DNA of 64,000 bases, taken from the NCBI GenBank assembly GCA_964389695.1, contig CAYMEP010000001.1, positions 619-64,618 of the forward strand. Reading direction: 5' to 3'. The position numbers and the translations under genes are program-made. Origin of the DNA: an uncultured Rhodobiaceae bacterium. Lineage in GTDB: Bacteria > Pseudomonadota > Alphaproteobacteria > RS24. The notes below the pieces were generated by a model, which worked only from the letters and a program-made list of their open reading frames with translations, was not told where the DNA came from and did not search any database. Positions 30,242-40,147 of the stretch are shown in pieces; position 1 is the stretch's first letter, and the number at the start of each line of letters is the position of its first letter.

Positions 30242-30945
30242 TGCGTGAAATTATATTAGATACAGAAACAACAGGGCTTGACCCTAATCAAGGTGATAGA
30301 GTTGTTGAGATTGGTTGTGTTGAGCTTATCAATAAAATTCCCACGGGGAATGTGTTCCAATGCTATTTAAACCCAATGGCAAAGATGTCAAAAAAGGCTT
30401 CTGAAATTACAGGTTTAACAGACTTGTTTTTGAAAGATAAACCGCTTTTCTCTAGTAAAGCGCAAGAGTTCTTAGAGTTTATTTCCGATAGCGTTTTGGT
30501 GATTCATAATGCGAATTTCGATATGAAGTTTTTAAACCATGAATTAGGTTTATTAGGGTTGCAGTCTTTATCCATGGAGAGAGTTGTTGATACATTGGTC
30601 ATAGCGCGCCGTAAATTTGTAGGGGCGGCTAATAGTCTAGACGCATTGTGTCGCCGTTTTGATATTAATAATGATGAAAGAGAAAAGCATGGCGCATTGT
30701 TGGATTCAGAGTTATTAGCTGAAGTCTATTTGCATTTAATGGGTGGGCGCCAAACAGGGCTTTCTTTCACAGAAACCAATATATCAAACGTTAAAAATGT
30801 AAAAAATACAAACTCAACACAAGCACAGAAACGTCCAGATGCTTTGCCTTCGCGGTTGTCTATCGAAGAACAAAAAGCACATTTAGCTTTTTTAGAATCA
30901 TTTCCTGTAAAAGCTAAATGGCTTATGTCAAAATTTGATACTTAA
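30241..30945 (+). CDS. dnaQ: DNA polymerase III subunit epsilon (3'-5' exonuclease)
   Basis: It has Exo I (ILDTETTGL), Exo II (HNANFDMKFL) and Exo III (HGALLDSELLAEVY). The GTG start shares 1 nt with the coaE TAG stop. Confidence 0.93.
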   Translation: MREIILDTETTGLDPNQGDRVVEIGCVELINKIPTGNVFQCYLNPMAKMSKKASEITGLTDLFLKDKPLFSSKAQEFLEFISDSVLVIHNANFDMKFLNHELGLLGLQSLSMERVVDTLVIARRKFVGAANSLDALCRRFDINNDEREKHGALLDSELLAEVYLHLMGGRQTGLSFTETNISNVKNVKNTNSTQAQKRPDALPSRLSIEEQKAHLAFLESFPVKAKWLMSKFDT

Positions 30946-30962
30946 TGATTTAAATCATTAAG
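30941..30962. terminator. Perfect 22-bp palindrome spanning the dnaQ and secB stop codons (possible bidirectional terminator)
   Basis: The sequence is CTTAATGATTTAAATCATTAAG. The dnaQ TAA (30943-30945) and the secB TAA (complement of 30958-30960) lie in opposite arms. T-runs follow on both strands. The stem is AT-rich, so its stability is uncertain. Confidence 0.4.
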
Positions 30963-31452
30963 ATGGTTTTTCTGCACTTTCTTGTTTTGCGGCATGTATT
31001 GCTGCAAAGTTAATAGGGTCTAACATGAGAGGTGGCAGATTTGCATCACGCGTTACATCACTTAGAATACGACGCAAGAAAGGGAACAAAAGATTTGGTG
31101 CGTCTATGTTTAGAACGACATCATATGCGTCTTCTGGTAGGTTTTGCAATTTGAAAATACCAGAATAACTTAACTCAATAATAAATACGGTGTCTTTTTC
31201 TGTATGAGCTTTTGCTGTTACAGATAAACAAGTTTCATAATTGTCGTCAGAGTGTTGTTCTGTTTTTATGTCTATGTTTAAATCAATATCAACACTAGGT
31301 TTTTTGTTTTCTGCGACCTGGTCTGTTGCCATGTTTTCAAAAGATAAGTCTTTGATATATTGTTTTACGAGACGAACACTGGGTTTGTTTTCTTGATTGC
31401 TAGGTTTGTTTTTCGTTGTCTTTACTGGTTTGTTTTTCGTTGTTTTGGCCAT
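30958..31452 (-). CDS. secB: Protein-export chaperone SecB with a Lys-rich repeated N-terminal extension
   Basis: The core VKQYIKDLSFEN...LLFPFLRRILSD is SecB-like, and the gene occupies the conserved position convergent with dnaQ. Confidence 0.85.
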   Translation of the reverse strand: MAKTTKNKPVKTTKNKPSNQENKPSVRLVKQYIKDLSFENMATDQVAENKKPSVDIDLNIDIKTEQHSDDNYETCLSVTAKAHTEKDTVFIIELSYSGIFKLQNLPEDAYDVVLNIDAPNLLFPFLRRILSDVTRDANLPPLMLDPINFAAIHAAKQESAEKPS

Positions 31453-31466
31453 TTTTTTCCCCTTGT

Positions 31467-31910
31467 TTAGTTTTTGTTTACTTTATGTTCTGCGTCAATT
31501 ACATCACCTTGTTTTATATGTTCAGTCTTAGCTTTGTGTTTTTTTGTTTGGAAATTAGAAAATGTTTCATAAGAAAAATTCTTTATGTTGTTTTTTATTA
31601 TATTTATAATTGCACTTCTAATAGGTTTTATGAGAATTATAAGGGCTATAATATCTGTAAGAAACCCAGGAATAATGAGTAGAATCCCTGCTAGAATTGT
31701 AAGAAATACGTGTCCTAAGTTTTTTTCCTTATTTATATTATTATTTATGTTTACTGTATTATGGCGCATGATTTTTATACCAATTGTGCCCGTTAATATA
31801 AATAGAATTATTGTAATTCCAGCGCCAATTAAGGAAGCAATTCTTATTGTGAAAAATATTTCTATAATAGATACGCAAATTATCAATAAGGTAACTTTTC
31901 GAGATATCAT
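31467..31910 (-). CDS. fxsA: FxsA-family membrane protein
   Basis: It has the LAGILLIIPGFLTDIIALIILIKPIR motif and the conserved position next to secB. Confidence 0.8.
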   Translation of the reverse strand: MISRKVTLLIICVSIIEIFFTIRIASLIGAGITIILFILTGTIGIKIMRHNTVNINNNINKEKNLGHVFLTILAGILLIIPGFLTDIIALIILIKPIRSAIINIIKNNIKNFSYETFSNFQTKKHKAKTEHIKQGDVIDAEHKVNKN

Positions 31911-32058
31911 TCTTTTTCCCTTAAACGTCTGTACTTTATTTTTGTCTTCTATTAGGATTTTATAAAACTGTTTAATATACTTTTCATTGAAGAAGTTCTA
32001 TTATAAATATATGGTTTAATTTTATTTTTTCAAGGGGATAAGCATTAATATTTTACAT

Positions 32059-32664
32059 TTGGTTCTTTTAAGTGTTCTTATTATCATCATTTTAAAATTA
32101 CGTTCTGTTCTGGGTTCTGCAGGTGAGGAGACGGATGTAGAGCGTTCTCGGGTGGTTAGGAATAAGCCAGAATTGCGCCTAGTAAAAGATTCTCTTGCTT
32201 CGCCAATAGATCAGTTTGTGCAATCACTTGCTGTATTGGATAAGGAGTTCTCTCAAGATGATTTCTTACAGAAAGCACAAATAGTATACAAAATGATTAT
32301 GAAGGCTTATATAGATGGTGACAGAAAAACTTTACAGTCTTTTATGTCAGAAGATGTGTTAGAGCAGTTTGAAAAGAAAATAAAAAAATATGAAAAGGCT
32401 GGGAAATTTATAGAAATAATATCTTTATCTATTTCTAAGTCTACAATTGATGATTTTGACTTGTTAGAGAGTTGTGCTGATATTAAAGTTCATTTTACTG
32501 GTGTTATGAAATATACTATAGAAAAAGACAAAAAGAAGTCTGTAAGTAAAGAAGATGCTATATCGGATTTATGGGTGTTTAGAAGAGACTTTAAGCAGAA
32601 GAAATCTAAAAACTGGATATTAATATCTGCAAAACAGAAAAAACAGAAAGTATATGATGCGTAA
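32059..32664 (+). CDS. Tim44-like domain protein
   Basis: It has an N-terminal membrane helix followed by RLRSVLG, and a C-terminal Tim44-like fold (LWVFRRD). There is no in-frame ATG after the upstream stop at 32017-32019, so a TTG start at 32059 is assumed. Confidence 0.7.
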   Translation: MVLLSVLIIIILKLRSVLGSAGEETDVERSRVVRNKPELRLVKDSLASPIDQFVQSLAVLDKEFSQDDFLQKAQIVYKMIMKAYIDGDRKTLQSFMSEDVLEQFEKKIKKYEKAGKFIEIISLSISKSTIDDFDLLESCADIKVHFTGVMKYTIEKDKKKSVSKEDAISDLWVFRRDFKQKKSKNWILISAKQKKQKVYDA

Positions 32665-33250
32665 GGCGAAATTAGAAAGAGAAACAAAAGAAACAAAAGT
32701 TCAGGTATCTTTGAATTTAGACGGTACGGGGGAATATGATATTTCTACGGGAATTGGTTTTCTCGACCATATGTTAGAACAATTATCACGCCATTCGTTG
32801 ATAGACCTGAAGGTTAGAGCGCAAGGTGACTTGCATATTGATTTTCATCATACAACTGAGGATACAGGTATTGTGATTGGGGAGGCAATTCATAAAGCTT
32901 TGGGGGACTTCAAAGGAATTACACGTTATGGTTCAGCGTTGATCCCGATGGATGAAACCTGTAGTCGTGTTGTTTTGGATATTTCTCAACGTCCTTATTT
33001 AGTTTGGGATGTAAAGTTTAATAATGCAAAATTAGGAGACATGGATACGGAACTTTTTAAAGAATGGTTCCAAGCGTTTGCACAAGGGGCTGGCATTACC
33101 TTACATGTTGATAATTTATATGGTGAAAATAATCATCATATAATTGAATCTTGTTATAAGGCACTTGCGCGCTCTTTACGGCAAGCAATAGAGGTTGATA
33201 CCCGTAAGGCGGATTCTATTCCGTCTACCAAGGGTGTTCTGGGGCGTTAA
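32654..33250 (+). CDS. hisB: Imidazoleglycerol-phosphate dehydratase
   Basis: It carries [15 protein letters not shown] and [13 protein letters not shown]. Confidence 0.95.
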   Translation: MMRKAKLERETKETKVQVSLNLDGTGEYDISTGIGFLDHMLEQLSRHSLIDLKVRAQGDLHIDFHHTTEDTGIVIGEAIHKALGDFKGITRYGSALIPMDETCSRVVLDISQRPYLVWDVKFNNAKLGDMDTELFKEWFQAFAQGAGITLHVDNLYGENNHHIIESCYKALARSLRQAIEVDTRKADSIPSTKGVLGR

Positions 33251-33885
33251 TGCGTGTTGCTATTATTGATTATGGGTTGGGTAATTTGCGTTCTGTGCAA
33301 AAATCTTTTGAGTATGTCGGCTCTAAGAAGAAATATGAAATTTGGGTTGGTAACGATTATAAAGAGTTACAGAAGGCTGACTATATTGTTTTGCCAGGAG
33401 TTGGTTCATTTGGCGATTGTATTGCTGGTCTTGGTTCTTTAGGGGGAGTTAAGGATACTTTGATTGAGTTAGTTTTGGAGAAGAAACGTCCTTTCTTAGG
33501 AATTTGTGTTGGTATGCAGCTTATGGTGGAGCATGGTTTCGAATATGGTAGACATGAAGGCTTAGGTTGGTTGTCTGGTGATGTTAAACCTTTGTCCTCT
33601 GATGAAAAACCTATATTAAAGATTCCACATATGGGATGGAATGAGTTGAATATTTGTCAGGAACACCCTGTCCTTGAAGGATTGGCGGGGAAGGATGTCT
33701 ATTTTGTACATTCCTTTGCGGTGAATTTAGAGAATGAAAACAATATGTATGCAAAGGCAAGTTATGGACAGGATTTCTGTGCTGTTATGGGTAAAGATAA
33801 TATGATCGGGACACAATTTCACCCAGAAAAGAGCCAAGAGGTTGGTCTTAAGCTAATTTCTAATTTCTTGGAATGGTCTCCATGA
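33250..33885 (+). CDS. hisH: Imidazole glycerol phosphate synthase, glutaminase subunit
   Basis: It has [12 protein letters not shown], the catalytic GICVGMQ and FHPEKS. Confidence 0.95.
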   Translation: MRVAIIDYGLGNLRSVQKSFEYVGSKKKYEIWVGNDYKELQKADYIVLPGVGSFGDCIAGLGSLGGVKDTLIELVLEKKRPFLGICVGMQLMVEHGFEYGRHEGLGWLSGDVKPLSSDEKPILKIPHMGWNELNICQEHPVLEGLAGKDVYFVHSFAVNLENENNMYAKASYGQDFCAVMGKDNMIGTQFHPEKSQEVGLKLISNFLEWSP

Positions 33886-34616
33886 TTATCTTTCCAGCGA
33901 TAGATTTAAAACAAGGAAGCTGCGTGCGTCTCGAGCAAGGTGATATGGATCGTGTGACTGTATTTAATGATAACCCAGTATCACAGGCAAAAGAATTTGC
34001 ACAGCAAGGGTTTAAACATTTACATTTGGTAGATTTAAATGGTGCTTTTGAAGGGGGAGCAGTTAATGCGGAGTCTGTTGAGAAAATTCTTGCGGCGAAA
34101 AGAGATGATATATTTGTACAATTAGGGGGCGGCATTAGAGATCTTAAAACAATTGCTTTCTGGCTAGAAAAAGGTTTGTCACGGGTTATACTTGGTACTG
34201 TCGCTGTACAGAACCCCGATTTAGTTAAAGAAGCTTGTCGGTTGTTTCCTGATAAAGTTGCTGTTGGTATTGATGCGCGCTCAGGTTATGTTGCGGTTGA
34301 GGGGTGGGCAGAGTCGAGTAATGTAAAGGCTCTGGACTTGGCAAAACAATTTGAAGATTCAGGGGTGTCTGCGATTATCTATACTGATATTGACCGTGAT
34401 GGTATGTTGCAAGGAGTTAATTTGGGGGCGACATTAGATTTGGCACGGGCGGTTTCTATTCCTGTGATTGCCTCTGGGGGGGTGTCTTGTGTTGAAGATA
34501 TAGTTGCTTTACAAAATTTAGAAGCAGAGGGTGTCTCAGGTGTGATTTCTGGTCGTGCGTTATATGATGGACGTATAAACATTCCGGAGCTTCTCAATCT
34601 TGAGGGAGTTATTTAA
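33873..34616 (+). CDS. hisA: 1-(5-phosphoribosyl)-5-[(5-phosphoribosylamino)methylideneamino]imidazole-4-carboxamide isomerase
   Basis: It carries [22 protein letters not shown] and ASGGVS. Confidence 0.95.
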   Translation: MVSMIIFPAIDLKQGSCVRLEQGDMDRVTVFNDNPVSQAKEFAQQGFKHLHLVDLNGAFEGGAVNAESVEKILAAKRDDIFVQLGGGIRDLKTIAFWLEKGLSRVILGTVAVQNPDLVKEACRLFPDKVAVGIDARSGYVAVEGWAESSNVKALDLAKQFEDSGVSAIIYTDIDRDGMLQGVNLGATLDLARAVSIPVIASGGVSCVEDIVALQNLEAEGVSGVISGRALYDGRINIPELLNLEGVI

Positions 34617-35374
34617 TGCTAAAGATACGTATAATCCCTTGTTTGGATGTGCATGATGGGCGGATTGTAAAAGGGGTACAGTTTGTTGATTTGGTAGATG
34701 CTGGAGACCCTGTGTCTGTGGCTAAGGCTTATGAACAAGCGGGCGCAGATGAACTATGTTTCTTGGATATTAGCGCTAGTCATGAAGGACGTAAAACAAT
34801 AATCGATATTGTTAGACAGGTTGCGGATCAATGTTTTATGCCTATGACCGTAGGAGGTGGTGTATCTTGTGTTGAAGATGCGCGAAATTTGTTATTAGCT
34901 GGTGCGGATAAAGTTGCTTTAAATACGGCCGCTATAAACAACCCTGATTGTATTTATGATATTTCTACTAAGTTTGGTGCACAATGTGTGGTTGTTGCCA
35001 TGGATGTAAGGAAGGTGGATGAGAATAGATGGGAAATCTTTACTCATGGTGGACGTACAGAAACGAAAATTGAGGCAGTTGGATTTGCCTGTGATATAGT
35101 GGCTCGTGGTGCTGGAGAAATTTTATTAACCTCTATGGATAGAGATGGTACAAAACAGGGATTTGATTTAGATATTACGAGACAAATATCAGATGCTGTT
35201 TCTGTTCCTGTTGTTGCTTCAGGTGGGGTGGGTAATCCTATGCATTTTGTAGAAGGTATAAAGCAAGGTCATGCAAATGCAGTTTTAGCTGCATCTATTT
35301 TCCATTTTGGTGAATTTACTATTAAAGAAGCTAAAAGGATTATGGCAGAAGAAGGAATCCCTGTTCGTTTATAA
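34616..35374 (+). CDS. hisF: Imidazole glycerol phosphate synthase, cyclase subunit
   Basis: It carries [24 protein letters not shown] and ASGGVG. Confidence 0.97.
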   Translation: MLKIRIIPCLDVHDGRIVKGVQFVDLVDAGDPVSVAKAYEQAGADELCFLDISASHEGRKTIIDIVRQVADQCFMPMTVGGGVSCVEDARNLLLAGADKVALNTAAINNPDCIYDISTKFGAQCVVVAMDVRKVDENRWEIFTHGGRTETKIEAVGFACDIVARGAGEILLTSMDRDGTKQGFDLDITRQISDAVSVPVVASGGVGNPMHFVEGIKQGHANAVLAASIFHFGEFTIKEAKRIMAEEGIPVRL

Positions 35375-35392
35375 AAAATATGGTGGTGTGTT

Positions 35393-35716
35393 ATGGATAA
35401 GAATAAACAATTAATTTTATCAGGTTTATTTGAAACAATTTGTCAAAATAAGAATAAGGATGTGGATATATCGTATACGGCATCTTTATTGGCAGGAGGT
35501 GTAGAAACTGTTGGGCGTAAATTTACAGAAGAGTCTGTAGAAGTATTGATTGCAGCCTTGCAAGGAGACCGTCAAGAGGTAATAAAAGAGTCTGCGGATG
35601 TCTTGTATCACTTGTTAGTTTTGTTGTGCCGTATGGATATATCTTTATATGATGTTTTTGATGAATTAGCCAGACGGCAGAATGTTTCTGGTTTGGAAGA
35701 AAAAGCTAATCGGTAG
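35393..35716 (+). CDS. hisE: Phosphoribosyl-ATP pyrophosphatase
   Basis: A 107-aa protein with SYTASLL...KFTEESVEVLIAA...ESADVLYHLLVLL. Confidence 0.9.
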   Translation: MDKNKQLILSGLFETICQNKNKDVDISYTASLLAGGVETVGRKFTEESVEVLIAALQGDRQEVIKESADVLYHLLVLLCRMDISLYDVFDELARRQNVSGLEEKANR

Positions 35717-35723
35717 TTATGTT

Positions 35724-36662
35724 ATGCAAGATAAACAATCCCCTTATCATCGTTTTTCTTCTGTAGAATGGGGTGAGTTACGTAAAGATATGCCTCTTTT
35801 TTTAACAGAAGAGACATTGAAAGGTTTAAGAGGGGTTGGAGAAACGGTATCACTTCATGAAGTTGAGCAAGTTTATTTGCCATTATCTCGTTTATTAAAT
35901 CTTTATGTGGAAGCTAGCCAAGGTCTTTTTCGTGTGACGAATAGTTTTTTAGGCCGTGAAAAGAAAGTGCCTTATATCATTGGTATTGCTGGATCTGTGG
36001 CCGTTGGTAAAAGTACGACATCTCGGATATTAAAGGCTCTTTTATCTGGTTGGGCTAGTCATCCCCATGTAGAGTTAGTGACAACAGATGGTTTCTTATT
36101 ACCGAATTTAGAATTAGAGAAAAGAAACTTAATGTCACGTAAAGGGTTCCCAGAGAGTTTTGATTTATCTGCTGTATTGTCCTTCTTAACGGATATTAAA
36201 TCAGGTGCCGAGAAAGTTCTTGCTCCTGTTTATTCACATGTTCATTATGATGTTATGGAGAATGAGACATTAACTATTACATCTCCTGATATTTTAATTG
36301 TTGAAGGGTTGAATGTTCTGCAAACAGCAAAATTAGATATGGAAGGTTCCGATATACCATTCGTTTCCGATTTCTTTGACTTTTCAATCTATATTGATAC
36401 AGATAGTCAAATTATAGAAAAATGGTATGTAGAACGTTTTTTGAATTTACGATCCACAGCATTTAGAGAAAAAGATGCTTATTTCCAGCGTTATTCTGAT
36501 TTAAAAGATGAGGAAGCAAGAAAAATAGCCTTAGATATTTGGGAAAAGACTAATCTAGTTAATTTACAAAAGAATATATTACCGACTAGAGGTCGTGCGA
36601 ATTGTATTTTGCACAAAGGGGAAGATCATCATATCGATGAAGTATTCTTACGAAAATTATAA
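35724..36662 (+). CDS. coaA: Type I pantothenate kinase
   Basis: It has SPYHRFS, the P-loop GIAGSVAVGKST and TTDGFL. I prefer the ATG at 35724; the track start at 35682 overlaps hisE. Confidence 0.93.
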   Translation: MQDKQSPYHRFSSVEWGELRKDMPLFLTEETLKGLRGVGETVSLHEVEQVYLPLSRLLNLYVEASQGLFRVTNSFLGREKKVPYIIGIAGSVAVGKSTTSRILKALLSGWASHPHVELVTTDGFLLPNLELEKRNLMSRKGFPESFDLSAVLSFLTDIKSGAEKVLAPVYSHVHYDVMENETLTITSPDILIVEGLNVLQTAKLDMEGSDIPFVSDFFDFSIYIDTDSQIIEKWYVERFLNLRSTAFREKDAYFQRYSDLKDEEARKIALDIWEKTNLVNLQKNILPTRGRANCILHKGEDHHIDEVFLRKL

Positions 36663-36663
36663 A

Positions 36664-37641
36664 TTATATCTTTAGGGCGGAGGGAACATTTTTAAATCGT
36701 GCACCCATATGTGTAATGACTTCACTCGCAGCTAGAACGCCACGTTCACCACTTTGTTTTGCTGATTTATTGAGAGCATACCCTGAAAGGAATCCGGCGG
36801 CAAACTGATCTCCAGCGCCTGTAAGATCGATAATGTTCTTTACAGAGGTCGCTGGAACCTCATAAACCTCATTTTTATGAATAATGATTGCACCTTTTTC
36901 TCCTAAAGTGATGACACCTTCTTGATTACAGTGTTTCATGGCTGTGATACAGTCCCCAATTGAGGTGGACTTAAACATTGCCATCGCTTCGCTTTCATTA
37001 GAAAGTATTATATCTATATAAGTTTTGGTGAGGTGTTTTAATGTTTCATGATGGCGCTGGACACATAGGGCATCTGATAAGGATAATACGGTTTTCCCAT
37101 TATGCTTATGTACGATATCACAGGCTTTTATGAGTGCATCTTTTCCATGTTCTGAGTCAAACACATAACTTTCAGAAAAGAAATAGGCAGAGTTAGATAA
37201 TATATCTTCACAAATATCATCAGTCGTTATATGTGCTGCTGCACCTATAAAGGTGTGCATTGTTCGTTCACCATCTGGTGTAATGAGAATGATACAATGC
37301 CCCGTTGGTTGATCATCTATGTAATGATTAGTAAGATTTACTCCGAGTCGTTCCATATCTTTTGTAAAGTATTCTTTATGGCTATCATTTGAAAGTTTGC
37401 CTATAAATGCAGTTTTTAGTCCCATTTCTGCTATGCCAGCGATACTATTGGCAACGGAACCTCCAGCAGTAATTGTTTCTGGTTTAATGTTCTTAAGAAG
37501 GTTTTTAGAGGTTGTTTCATCAATAAGCATCATTGTTGACTTTTTTGACCCCAGTGCCTCTAGTTCAGAATCTGAAACTTGTGCAGATATATCAACAAGA
37601 GCGGCACCCATACCTGTTATATGAATTTTTTTTTCTATCAT
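36664..37641 (-). CDS. PfkB-family carbohydrate/nucleoside kinase (adenosine-kinase-like)
   Basis: It has the PfkB signature DLTGAGDQFAAGF near the C-terminus. The substrate is not determinable from sequence. Confidence 0.85.
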   Translation of the reverse strand: MIEKKIHITGMGAALVDISAQVSDSELEALGSKKSTMMLIDETTSKNLLKNIKPETITAGGSVANSIAGIAEMGLKTAFIGKLSNDSHKEYFTKDMERLGVNLTNHYIDDQPTGHCIILITPDGERTMHTFIGAAAHITTDDICEDILSNSAYFFSESYVFDSEHGKDALIKACDIVHKHNGKTVLSLSDALCVQRHHETLKHLTKTYIDIILSNESEAMAMFKSTSIGDCITAMKHCNQEGVITLGEKGAIIIHKNEVYEVPATSVKNIIDLTGAGDQFAAGFLSGYALNKSAKQSGERGVLAASEVITHMGARFKNVPSALKI

Positions 37642-37731
37642 GTGACAAACATAATATATTTATGTTACTATAGACAAGAGTATATTTAATAAATAAATTA
37701 TACTAAATTTTAATGATATAAAACCTTATTT

Positions 37732-38097
37732 ATGAAACGTATGAATCTTTCAAAGCTATTCCTAATTCTTTTGTCTTTTAATCTGGTATCTTGTTTCTTG
37801 ATAGAAGAGAAAGACGTATTTGCGCCTATTGTAAATTATGAAAAAGATTATAATATTAAAATAGATCATATAAGAAATTTAAAAATAAATTACATTCCTG
37901 ATTTAATATGGAATGAAGGTGATGTTAAAGTTATCCAATATGAAGGACATTTAGGAAAATCTAGAATACCAGAATGTACTTTGTTGATTTTCTTAGATTC
38001 TGAAGGCAGTATAGTGCATTCGGAAGAAAGAAAATTAGTAAAGAGCCGTAAATTTAAAGAGAAGAGTTGCTTGTTATTATGGCAGCGTGCGTTTTAA
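37732..38097 (+). CDS. Hypothetical small lipoprotein (orphan, AT-rich)
   Basis: It has a signal peptide plus lipobox (LLSFNLVSC). At 121 aa I recognise no family, and there is no clear Shine-Dalgarno sequence. Confidence 0.45.
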   Translation: MKRMNLSKLFLILLSFNLVSCFLIEEKDVFAPIVNYEKDYNIKIDHIRNLKINYIPDLIWNEGDVKVIQYEGHLGKSRIPECTLLIFLDSEGSIVHSEERKLVKSRKFKEKSCLLLWQRAF

Positions 38098-38732
38098 TTT
38101 ATGGTTGTTTTATCTGGATAATGACATAAATCATTCACAACACAAGCGAGACAATTTGGTTTGCGTGCTTTACAAATATAGCGCCCGTGGAGTATGAGCC
38201 AGTGATGAGAATTGACACGGTAAGGAGAAGGGATATTCTTATCGAGTGCTTTTTCAACCTCAATAACATTTTTCCCAGGTGCTAGGCCTGTTCTATTAGA
38301 AACTCTAAAAACGTGAGTGTCTACAGCAAAAGTTTCAGCCCCAAAGCCAATGTTGAGGACAACATTAGCTGTTTTGCGTCCGACTCCGGCTAATTCTATG
38401 AGTGCGTCTCTGTCATTTGGAACTTTACTGTTATGTTTTTCTATTAATTGTTGAGATAGAAGATATACATTTTTAGCTTTATTACGGAATAGTCCAATTG
38501 TTTTAATATAATTCCGTATTCCCTCTTCTCCTAATGCGACCATCTTTTCTGCTGTATCTGCATGATTAAATAGTGGTTTTGTAGCTTTATTGACGCCTTT
38601 ATCTGTGGCTTGCGCAGATAGGACAACGGCTACAAGTAATGTAAATAAATTAACATATTCTAACTCCCCTTTGGGTTCGGGGTTTTGTAATTCTAAACGT
38701 GCAAGAAATTCATTTATTTGTTTAGGTAGCAT
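38094..38732 (-). CDS. nth: Endonuclease III
   Basis: It has the HhH-GPD motif ([13 protein letters not shown]) and a C-terminal 4Fe-4S cluster ([17 protein letters not shown]). Confidence 0.95.
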   Translation of the reverse strand: MLPKQINEFLARLELQNPEPKGELEYVNLFTLLVAVVLSAQATDKGVNKATKPLFNHADTAEKMVALGEEGIRNYIKTIGLFRNKAKNVYLLSQQLIEKHNSKVPNDRDALIELAGVGRKTANVVLNIGFGAETFAVDTHVFRVSNRTGLAPGKNVIEVEKALDKNIPSPYRVNSHHWLILHGRYICKARKPNCLACVVNDLCHYPDKTTIN

Positions 38733-39348
38733 TTTTTTTGATAATTTGTTTCTTGGTAATTTCTAATTGGTCGTTAAATTCATAAATTAAAGGCTGCCCT
38801 GTCTCAATTTCAGTTTGAAGTATTTCTTCGGTACTCATATCCTCAAGTGACATAATTAAAGCACGTAAAGAATTCCCATGTGCGGCAATTAGAATATTAT
38901 TTCCATTCTTTATTTCGGGTTTAATATGTTCTTGGAAATAAGGAAGTACTCGTTCTGCAGTATCTTTTAGGCTTTCCCCTGAAGGAGGGGGAATATCATA
39001 GGAGCGTCGCCATTGGTGAACTTGTTCGTCACCCCATTTCTTGCGAGCATCATCTTTATTTAATCCTGATAGGTCGCCATAATCTCGTTCATTTAAAGCT
39101 TGATTAAATATTATTTGTAAATTTTCTTGTTCCAATTCTTGTAAGACTATTTTACAAGTTTTTTGGGCCCGCCGTAGAGCTGACGTAAAGGCAACATTAA
39201 ACTTTATTCCTAAGGCTCCTAAAGATTTTCCAGCAGAATGTGCTTCTTGCACGCCTTTTTTTGTTAGGTCAGGGTCGCGCCATCCTGTAAAAAGGTTTTT
39301 TTCATTCCATTCGCTTTGTCCATGTCGGATAAGGACTAACTGATTCAT
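38722..39348 (-). CDS. gpmA: 2,3-bisphosphoglycerate-dependent phosphoglycerate mutase
   Basis: It has the [10 protein letters not shown] catalytic His motif and [10 protein letters not shown]. Confidence 0.95.
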   Translation of the reverse strand: MNQLVLIRHGQSEWNEKNLFTGWRDPDLTKKGVQEAHSAGKSLGALGIKFNVAFTSALRRAQKTCKIVLQELEQENLQIIFNQALNERDYGDLSGLNKDDARKKWGDEQVHQWRRSYDIPPPSGESLKDTAERVLPYFQEHIKPEIKNGNNILIAAHGNSLRALIMSLEDMSTEEILQTEIETGQPLIYEFNDQLEITKKQIIKKNAT

Positions 39349-39364
39349 TTTTACCTCTTGTTTG

Positions 39365-40147
39365 TTAAACTAGACCCAACACGTCAGTCATTGAATATAG
39401 ACCTGCTGTTTGTTTCTGTGCCCAAAGAGCTGCAGTGATTGCCCCTTGTGCAAAAATATCTCTACTTTGTGCATGATGACCTAAAGTAATATATTCTGCT
39501 TCACCTGCAATGATAACTTCATGATTTCCTATAACATTACCACCTCTTAAACTAGCAAAACCAATTTGGTTCTCTTGTCTTTCCTGTGATATTCCTTCAC
39601 GTGCTTTGATTGCATTGTCTTCAAGATTTATATTACGGCCATTAGCAGCGGCTTCTCCTAGTAAAAGAGCTGTTCCAGAAGGAGAATCTAATTTATGTCG
39701 ATGATGCATTTCAATAATCTCAATGTCCCATTTTGAGTCAAGAGTCTTTGTTGCCTTCTTAACTAACTCTGCCAATAGATTGATACCAAGACTCATATTT
39801 CCTGATTTCACAATAATTGCTCTATCGGTTGTGTCTTTTATTTCTTTATTTTGTTCTTCTGTAAATCCTGTTGTGCCAATAATGTGCACTAACCCTCTTT
39901 CTGCAGACATTCTGGCAAGGTTAATCGTAGATTCTGGTGTTGTGAAATCTAAAATACCATCGACATTATCTAATATTTCTCTGGGTTGATCAAAAACATA
40001 CACATCTTTACCGAGTGGTTTTCCAACGTCCTCATGTCCAGTATATTCTAGTCCTGCTATAAGCTCCGTCTCATGATTCTCTTGAATCAACCTTGTGAGT
40101 GTTTGACCCATTCGTCCCATACAACCATTTACAACCAGTCTCATCAT
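39365..40147 (-). CDS. dapB: 4-hydroxy-tetrahydrodipicolinate reductase
   Basis: It carries GCMGRMG, the DFTTPE block and [15 protein letters not shown]. The start overlaps the dnaJ stop. Confidence 0.93.
   Translation of the reverse strand: MMRLVVNGCMGRMGQTLTRLIQENHETELIAGLEYTGHEDVGKPLGKDVYVFDQPREILDNVDGILDFTTPESTINLARMSAERGLVHIIGTTGFTEEQNKEIKDTTDRAIIVKSGNMSLGINLLAELVKKATKTLDSKWDIEIIEMHHRHKLDSPSGTALLLGEAAANGRNINLEDNAIKAREGISQERQENQIGFASLRGGNVIGNHEVIIAGEAEYITLGHHAQSRDIFAQGAITAALWAQKQTAGLYSMTDVLGLV

Noticed and set aside
31416-31965. Plus-strand ORFs of 88 and 126 aa (31416-31682 and 31585-31965) rich in Phe, Ile and Leu.
   Set aside because: They lie antisense to the motif-supported fxsA gene in very AT-rich sequence, so their composition reflects the complement of a membrane-protein gene. 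I see no independent support.
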